The position numbers and the translations under genes were made by a program. From IMG/VR virus record IMGVR_UViG_2778261512_000017: a stretch of DNA of 4,544 nt. One strand, 5' to 3'. This document shows positions 1 to 4,544 of the stretch, one piece after another (positions within the stretch are counted from its first letter, which is position 1; each line of letters begins with the position of its first letter). Origin of the DNA: a virus. Taxonomy: Duplodnaviria; Heunggongvirae; Uroviricota; Caudoviricetes. Below the pieces are notes generated by a model, which saw only the letters and a program-made list of their open reading frames with translations, was not told where the DNA came from and did not search any database.

Positions 1-198
1 ATACAAATTCAATCGAACTATTCCGGCAGATGCTACGACTACGGTCATGAATTCTCGTATGTTATCGGAATGGCGAGAGACGTTTTAATAAACCACACAC
101 GAGATGTTGATATTAATGAGCCAGACGGACCAACGAATCTTTCCGCATGGATGAGACTTAAGAATAAAGAATTGCCTCCTTCAGTACATAACTACTGA
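1..198 (+). CDS. 3' end (C-terminal 65 codons) of an upstream gene truncated by the window start; product unidentified
   Basis: Frame 1 is open from position 1 to a TGA at 196-198 (translation ...[24 protein letters not shown]). It is followed 18 nt later by a strong intrinsic terminator. In P22-like genomes the tailspike is preceded by late or immI-region genes, but I do not recognise this fragment. It is absent from the ORF track because it has no start codon in the window. Confidence 0.4.
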   Translation: MQIQSNYSGRCYDYGHEFSYVIGMARDVLINHTRDVDINEPDGPTNLSAWMRLKNKELPPSVHNY

Positions 199-215
199 CA
201 GATAACCAACGCAAC

Positions 216-241
216 GACCCAGCTTCGGCTGGGTTTTTTTA
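216..241 (+). terminator. Rho-independent terminator (6-bp GC-rich stem, TTCG tetraloop, T7 tract)
   Basis: CCCAGC (218-223), loop TTCG (224-227), GCTGGG (228-233), then TTTTTTT (234-240). It sits right after the upstream stop and 58 nt before the tailspike ATG. Confidence 0.75.
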
Positions 242-286
242 TGCCCAAAATTCACCGTAGCTACGCTGCGGCGATTCCTTGTATCT

Positions 287-290
287 GGAG
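287..290 (+). promoter_or_regulatory. Shine-Dalgarno (GGAG) for the tailspike gene
   Basis: GGAG lies 8 nt upstream of the ATG at 299-301. An in-frame TAA at 296-298 makes that ATG the only possible start. Confidence 0.55.
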
Positions 291-298
291 CAAATTAA

Positions 299-637
299 AT
301 GACAGACATTACAGCCAATGTTGTAGTAAGCATGCCTTCGCAACTCTTCACTATGGCGCGTTCTTTTAAAGCGGTTGCCAATGGCAAAATTTATATCGGT
401 AAAATTGACACTGATCCGGTAAATCCTGAAAACCAGATTCAGGTTTATGTGGAGAACGAAGACGGTTCTCACGTTCCTGTTTCGCAACCAATCATCATTA
501 ACGCTGCTGGATATCCGGTATATAACGGACAGATTGCCAAGTTCGTTACTGTGCAAGGCCATTCTATTGCTGTGTACGATGCATATGGATCACAGCAGTT
601 CTATTTCCCAAACGTGTTGAAGTATGATCCAGATCAG
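299..637 (+). other. Tailspike N-terminal head-binding (particle-attachment) domain, residues ~1-113
   Basis: High similarity, recalled from memory, to the P22/Sf6/HK620 tailspike N-terminal domain. It ends at the conserved YDPDQ hinge (residues ~109-113), after which the sequence diverges. Confidence 0.8.
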
Positions 638-2101
638 CTAAGACAGGAGTTGTCTGGTGATGATGGAGCCTCATTAATAGGTCTTTGTCCTGGTCACACT
701 GTTGCAGATTTGATTGGTGCAGGTATCAGCGACGGAGATGCAATGATACCTGTTATTCAACCTTATACCGGAGCAGTAAAAAGGACTCAGCATGAAAAAA
801 ATGCAGAGAATCTTACAGTTGCAGATTGGGGAGCTGTGAGCGATGTTGAATCATCAATCTCAGCTCAGAAGATGATTGACGATATAGGTATGCTGATTGT
901 TCCCGAAGGGTTTACTCTCGTTGCAAAAAATCTCAACCTTTCTTCAGCAAAAAAAGTGATTGTAAAGGGGAAGCTCAAATTACCGTCTGGATGTGTCGAC
1001 TTTGACAGATTACTTTACGCAGCAGGTAATAACTCTGGTCTAATAATTCACATTAATGAGATTGATGGTAATAAAGCAGGACAATCAGGACAGATTGGAA
1101 CCCATCTTGTCTATCTGACAGAGTGTCAGAACGTAGATTTTTACGCTCATTATGTCCATGACCATTACTACCCTCGCACTTTTATAAGTGCACCATCACC
1201 AGATGGAATCCGCAATGACGGCTCTGGTTGTCTGTTTTTCTATCAGTGCCATTACTCAAAGTTTATCGTTGATCGGATTGAATCGTGGGGGCATGAAGCG
1301 TTTTATATTTACAAAACTAATAGAAGTATTGCGGCACTAGGGCATGCACAAGGCGCTTCTGGTGATGACGCTTATTCTGGTATTCAATTTAGTGGTGATT
1401 ATAACCGTTTGCTTTATGCATCTGTGGATCTTGCATCAGCATCAGGCATTGGTTTTGATTGCCGCTGGAGCATGGCAGGAAAGTTGATATCTACCAACAC
1501 GCAATTTTTCCACGGTATTAACTTTGGACATGCTGGACTGCCAACAACAGGATCCACAATTGAGAGTGTTTATGTTAATACTTGCGAGCAAAACGGTATT
1601 AACTTTGCGGCAGGATCGGCAAATACCAGAGTTCTTTCAGCTTATATTAATGCTGCAGGAAAAAGTGGTGTTAACCAATCGGATGGTGCTACAGATAACA
1701 CCGTGAATAATGCCACTGTTGTTAATTCAGGTATTGCACAGGTTACCAGTTATCAAAATAATCTTGTCTTGACAAATTGCAATCTTACAACCGTAACAAG
1801 TGCACTCATTCCAAAGCTAAACCCAACTGGAGGAGGTACATTTACAATAAGAAACGTCCTTCTTTCTGCAACTGAAAAGATGGTGATGAAGTCATTCAAT
1901 GGATTGAGTGGTGTAGCTTCAGCAACACTGGTTGATGAAAATATAACACCTTATTCACAAGTTGTGATTCACCCAGCAAATGCTTCAGCTGCAGCAGCAA
2001 ATGCATATGTTTTAAGTCAATCAAACGGAAGTCTTGTCCTTGCTACGCAGTCAGGTTCTCCAGCTGCAGGCGGAGCAAGCTTCAGATATATGGTGATATA
2101 A
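299..2101 (+). CDS. Phage tailspike protein (P22-like podovirus type): conserved N-terminal head-binding domain plus a divergent receptor-binding domain
   Basis: 600-aa ORF. The N-terminus [88 protein letters not shown]...NVLKYDPDQ matches, from memory, the conserved particle-binding domain of P22-family tailspikes (P22 gp9, Sf6 gp14, HK620). Downstream is Gly/Asn/Ser/Thr-rich sequence typical of beta-helix receptor-binding domains. Unambiguous start, SD present, terminator directly after the TAA at 2099-2101. Confidence 0.93.
   Translation: MTDITANVVVSMPSQLFTMARSFKAVANGKIYIGKIDTDPVNPENQIQVYVENEDGSHVPVSQPIIINAAGYPVYNGQIAKFVTVQGHSIAVYDAYGSQQFYFPNVLKYDPDQLRQELSGDDGASLIGLCPGHTVADLIGAGISDGDAMIPVIQPYTGAVKRTQHEKNAENLTVADWGAVSDVESSISAQKMIDDIGMLIVPEGFTLVAKNLNLSSAKKVIVKGKLKLPSGCVDFDRLLYAAGNNSGLIIHINEIDGNKAGQSGQIGTHLVYLTECQNVDFYAHYVHDHYYPRTFISAPSPDGIRNDGSGCLFFYQCHYSKFIVDRIESWGHEAFYIYKTNRSIAALGHAQGASGDDAYSGIQFSGDYNRLLYASVDLASASGIGFDCRWSMAGKLISTNTQFFHGINFGHAGLPTTGSTIESVYVNTCEQNGINFAAGSANTRVLSAYINAAGKSGVNQSDGATDNTVNNATVVNSGIAQVTSYQNNLVLTNCNLTTVTSALIPKLNPTGGGTFTIRNVLLSATEKMVMKSFNGLSGVASATLVDENITPYSQVVIHPANASAAAANAYVLSQSNGSLVLATQSGSPAAGGASFRYMVI
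638..2098 (+). other. Tailspike receptor-binding domain (probably a polysaccharide-binding/processing beta-helix), residues ~114-600; specificity unknown
   Basis: The sequence after the YDPDQ hinge ([15 protein letters not shown]...) does not match the P22 or Sf6 receptor-binding domains as I recall them. The composition (G, N, S, T, V, I rich, Asn-rich C-terminal region) fits a beta-helix fold. No GDS(x) or DxxH SGNH motifs are present, so there is no sign of esterase chemistry. Confidence 0.6.
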
Positions 2102-2103
2102 AG

Positions 2104-2129
2104 AAAAAGCCTCTGAGTAGAGGCTTTTT
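2104..2129. terminator. Bidirectional rho-independent terminator shared by the convergent tailspike and acetyltransferase genes
   Basis: AAAAA-GCCTCT-(GAGT)-AGAGGC-TTTTT: a perfect 6-bp GC-rich stem (2109-2114 / 2119-2124) with a 4-nt loop, flanked by an A5 run 5' and a T5 run 3', so it works as a hairpin plus U-tract on either strand. It fills the 30-nt gap between the two stop codons (TAA 2099-2101 on +, TAG at 2132-2134 on -). Confidence 0.75.
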
Positions 2130-2131
2130 AA

Positions 2132-3973
2132 CTACTTTATCTTGCTAAAGATATATTCACCAACCTTAACTGACCATACCTTTGTAAGATGAGAGTTATC
2201 CGTGTAAACAGGCATATCTCCATCAACCACTCTACATTTGCCATCACTGCATATTGCTGGGCTAGGGTCAACGAAATGAACTTTTTGATATTGCTCAGCA
2301 AATATTTTAAATCTGCTATTCATTGCAGGCTCTATATAATCCTGAAACTCATTGCATTTTCTGAATAATTTATTAATAGGAAGGTCTTGTGATGCCAGGC
2401 ATTGATACATGATTTCCTTGCTTCCCTGGGTATCACCAACAATATATATCTGGCTGTTAGAGCCTTTAATATCATCAAGAAAATATTTCATTTCACTGAT
2501 GAAATCATTTTTATAAGAATTGTCAGTCGTTAGCGGGTTTCCAACCTTTCCAGTATACCACGCTTGCAACCATACGACTTTCTTGCCAGGATGGGCATTA
2601 ATGAATTCAACGGCCTTCTTATATCTTCCTTCGCAAATCTTTCTGAGTTTTTCAGAATAGTTTAGCGGCCCCATAAAATGCTTTGTAACTTTACAACCAT
2701 CCGCAGCTAGCGATGCTACTTTAAGACCGCTTTGTTTGAAGAAAGCGAAATAGTGTCTTGCATGGCTGTCACCAAGTATGATGTAGTCAAAGTCTTTTTC
2801 TGTAGCGTTGAAGTAGTCTACATTCTCTCCAGGCTGCATCCATAAATGTCCTTCGTAAGCCCGGCGGAACAGGTCTTTATTAAGATGGTAATCAGGATTC
2901 TTAATGCGACTACTTACCCCGTCGACATTGACATACAAAGCGGCTGCGAGACATACACAATAACAGAAAAGCAATCCCCATCCATAACCACGACGCTTCT
3001 CTACAAGGCTATAAAGTAGTGCTGAGGCTGACACTACACCAGCCAGATACCAGAAAATATTTAACTCAATTCCCGTCTTCTCGCAAAAGACGATTACCGG
3101 CCAGTGGATCAAGTATATTGAATAGGACCAGAGCCCAAGCTTTCCAATGATCTTACCAGAAAGAATGGTTCTTTTATTGTCAGCAAGAATGCAGATATAG
3201 GCCCCGAATACTGGAATAAACGCAATGTAGCCAGGCCACGCCAAGCTTTCGCTCATGAACGCGAGAGACAGCGCGATCAATATTAGCCCTGCTGATTCCA
3301 AAACTCGTCTTGATTTATCGCTACCTTTAAACGGGAACAGAAAAGCAATGCCTCCCAGCATCATTTCCCAACCTCTTGATGCGATGCTGAAGTATGATGA
3401 CACGGGATCAGTTCTGGTTATGTAAATGCACCATGCAAAAGAAACAACAGCAATCGCAACAACAAATATTTTAAGATTTTTTATTGACAATATCTTTGAC
3501 AGTGCAAGTAACACTATCGGGTAAATTATATAGAATTGCCATTCAACTGATAGCGACCATGTATGCAGTAAAAATTTTTGCTTTGATGTATCATCAAAAT
3601 AACCTGATTCAGACTGATAAATAATATTGGAAATAAATGTTAGACTTGCCGCAGAATGTTTTCCTATGATCTGTAATGTCATAGGCTCAAAGAACATATA
3701 ACCAATAATCAGTGTAAGGAATACAACTGCAACGAGAGCAGGAACTATACGTCTCGCCCTTGCTTTCAGGAAGTCAATAACCGAAAAAGAATTAGATTCT
3801 ATCCCTCTGAATATAATTGATGTCATCAAGTATCCAGATATGACGAAAAACACGTCTACACCAATAAATCCGCCTGGAATTATAGAAGATGAAAAATGAA
3901 ACAAAACAACACTTATAACAGCTATAGCTCTTAGGCCATTAATGTCATTTCTGAACTTTGTTGTAACTGTCAT
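2132..3973 (-). CDS. Two-domain membrane O-acetyltransferase (AT3 acyltransferase-3 domain fused to a C-terminal SGNH domain); OafA/Oac-like O-antigen acetylase, probable lysogenic-conversion factor
   Basis: 613-aa ORF with hallmark acyltransferase-3 motifs: R14 in NGLRAIAV, H26 in FHF, VDVFFVISGY (39-48), RRIVP (74-78), HTWSLSVEWQFY (137-148), and many hydrophobic helices through ~residue 350. The C-terminal region carries SGNH-type motifs GDSH (401-404) and DNSH (592-595, a DxxH pair). SD AGGA lies ~7 nt upstream of the ATG (plus coordinates 3980-3983). This is the architecture of Salmonella OafA/OafB-type O-antigen acetyltransferases, and the position beside a tailspike mirrors oac in Sf6. 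Confidence 0.92.
   Translation of the reverse strand: MTVTTKFRNDINGLRAIAVISVVLFHFSSSIIPGGFIGVDVFFVISGYLMTSIIFRGIESNSFSVIDFLKARARRIVPALVAVVFLTLIIGYMFFEPMTLQIIGKHSAASLTFISNIIYQSESGYFDDTSKQKFLLHTWSLSVEWQFYIIYPIVLLALSKILSIKNLKIFVVAIAVVSFAWCIYITRTDPVSSYFSIASRGWEMMLGGIAFLFPFKGSDKSRRVLESAGLILIALSLAFMSESLAWPGYIAFIPVFGAYICILADNKRTILSGKIIGKLGLWSYSIYLIHWPVIVFCEKTGIELNIFWYLAGVVSASALLYSLVEKRRGYGWGLLFCYCVCLAAALYVNVDGVSSRIKNPDYHLNKDLFRRAYEGHLWMQPGENVDYFNATEKDFDYIILGDSHARHYFAFFKQSGLKVASLAADGCKVTKHFMGPLNYSEKLRKICEGRYKKAVEFINAHPGKKVVWLQAWYTGKVGNPLTTDNSYKNDFISEMKYFLDDIKGSNSQIYIVGDTQGSKEIMYQCLASQDLPINKLFRKCNEFQDYIEPAMNSRFKIFAEQYQKVHFVDPSPAICSDGKCRVVDGDMPVYTDNSHLTKVWSVKVGEYIFSKIK
2135..2806 (-). other. SGNH (GDSL-like) domain, residues ~390-613, predicted periplasmic
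   Basis: Block I GDSH (S403, codon at plus 2765-2767) and C-terminal DNSH (D592/H595, plus ~2191-2200) match the SGNH catalytic Ser and Asp/His signature. The domain follows the last TM helix after a ~40-residue linker. Confidence 0.75.
2924..3973 (-). other. AT3 (acyltransferase family 3) integral-membrane domain, residues ~1-350
   Basis: Conserved AT3 motifs listed above plus multiple predicted transmembrane helices. The final hydrophobic segment GWGLLFCYCVCLAAALYVNV (331-350) is consistent with an extra helix that would place the C-terminal domain in the periplasm. Confidence 0.8.
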
Positions 3974-4110
3974 TTATAATCCTAAATTTAATGACTATAC
4001 CTTAGCCGTAATGATCACTGCAAAACAATGAGTTGAAGTGTATCACTACGCAGTAACTCGATCGACAGTAACGATTATGACAAATGTGCTAATCATGGCA
4101 CTTTCCTGAG
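3974..4110 (-). promoter_or_regulatory. Putative promoter/regulatory region of the acetyltransferase gene (exact promoter not resolved)
   Basis: Non-coding sequence directly upstream of the - strand ATG. On the - strand a TATAGT (plus 3994-3999) sits 18 nt downstream of a weak -35-like TTGCAG (plus 4018-4023), with a GATC (plus 4013-4016) inside the spacer. A second GATC (4060-4063) lies in the palindrome TCGATCGA, flanked by direct CAGTAAC repeats (4051-4057 and 4066-4072). The promoter assignment is tentative because the leader would be very short. Confidence 0.3.
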
Positions 4111-4544
4111 GATAGTCATAAATGGAATGTATGGATTGTTCAAATAATTAGCAAAAAATTATATCTCTAGGCATAAAGACGGTGATACGTCTTGTGTTGG
4201 AAATCTTAGTGACACGGGACAAAATGGGACGCACAAAGCTTTGCACTTGATTGCAAGGATTTGTGTCATTCGATAGTTAAGGTGGCTTACTCTACCTTCT
4301 CATCAATCCAGTCCGCCCACCACTGCATCATTTCTCTGCGCTTATCGTGGCAGATGCCTCACTATCACACGGTGATGGTTCATTACTGGTTTGCATAATG
4401 GATAGAGAACTGAGGATAAAAGATATCCCAAAACCCCAAAATCTCATCTTTAGGATTTGCAGAAAGGGAGGCGTGAACAAATACCTGCGCATGAAAACGG
4501 AACTAGTCCAGATGTGATGTTTGTGGTGATCACATACATCATTA

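Noticed and set aside
239-562. 107-aa ORF on the - strand from the six-frame track
   Set aside because: It is antisense to, and wholly overlaps, the terminator and the strongly supported N-terminal head-binding domain of the tailspike gene. It has no recognisable motifs and is best explained as a chance open frame.
1524-1706. 60-aa ORF on the + strand embedded in the tailspike gene in another frame
   Set aside because: It lies entirely inside the tailspike CDS in an alternative frame, has no RBS and no recognisable features, and is very likely spurious.
638-2098. Possibility that the tailspike receptor-binding domain is itself an SGNH esterase (deacetylase) countering the neighbouring acetyltransferase
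   Set aside because: No GDS(x) block I or C-terminal DxxH motif is visible in the tailspike; the SGDD and GDDA segments do not fit the SGNH signature. A glycosidase or lyase beta-helix is more plausible, but the enzymatic class stays unassigned.
4010-4380. Recurrent GTGAT/ATCAC-containing short motifs (4013-4019, 4042-4047, 4182-4186, 4361-4376, 4526-4533) as a possible repeated operator family
   Set aside because: The motifs are only 5-6 bp long, irregularly spaced and vary in their flanks. Such short words recur by chance in 570 bp of AT-rich DNA, so only the two longer symmetric elements were kept as findings.
4465-4517. Strong SD-like GGGAGG followed by a GTG/ATG short ORF on the + strand
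   Set aside because: GGGAGG (4465-4470) is only ~2 nt from the GTG at 4473 and 20 nt from the ATG at 4491, and the frame stops after 14 codons at TGA 4515-4517. The spacing is wrong for either start, and this strand is the complement of the longer open frame on the - strand.
3974-4544. Possible tRNA gene or tRNA 3' fragment marking an attachment site or prophage end
   Set aside because: I looked for a T-arm-like GGTTCGAnTCC motif or a CCA-terminated acceptor stem and found none; the only TTCGA (4270-4274) has no surrounding tRNA-like structure. An attachment site cannot be excluded without the empty-site sequence, but nothing in the window supports one.
1-4544. CRISPR array, insertion sequence or other mobile-element boundary
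   Set aside because: There are no regularly spaced direct repeats, no terminal inverted repeats flanking a transposase-like ORF, and no transposase or integrase motifs in any frame within the window.

Overview
This window reads as the right-hand end of the late region of a P22-like temperate phage or prophage of an enterobacterium. It holds four main elements: (1) the last 65 codons of an unidentified upstream + strand gene, closed by a strong intrinsic terminator; (2) a complete 600-aa tailspike gene on the + strand (299..2101), whose first ~113 residues are the conserved P22/Sf6/HK620-type head-binding domain and whose remainder is a receptor-binding domain I cannot assign to a known specificity; (3) a convergent 613-aa gene on the - strand (2132..3973) for a two-domain membrane acyltransferase (AT3 acyltransferase-3 domain fused to a C-terminal SGNH domain), i.e. 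an OafA/Oac-like O-antigen O-acetyltransferase, separated from the tailspike by a 30-nt gap holding one bidirectional terminator hairpin; (4) about 570 bp with no ORF of 60 aa or more (3974..4544), carrying GATC-containing palindromes and a 27-bp dyad element at the window edge. The most likely biology is a lysogenic-conversion (serotype-converting, superinfection-blocking) module paired with the tailspike that reads the same surface polysaccharide. This is a known type of system; what may be new is the specific receptor-binding domain and the regulation of the acetyltransferase. All calls rest on reading the sequence and on motifs recalled from memory; no database search was possible.
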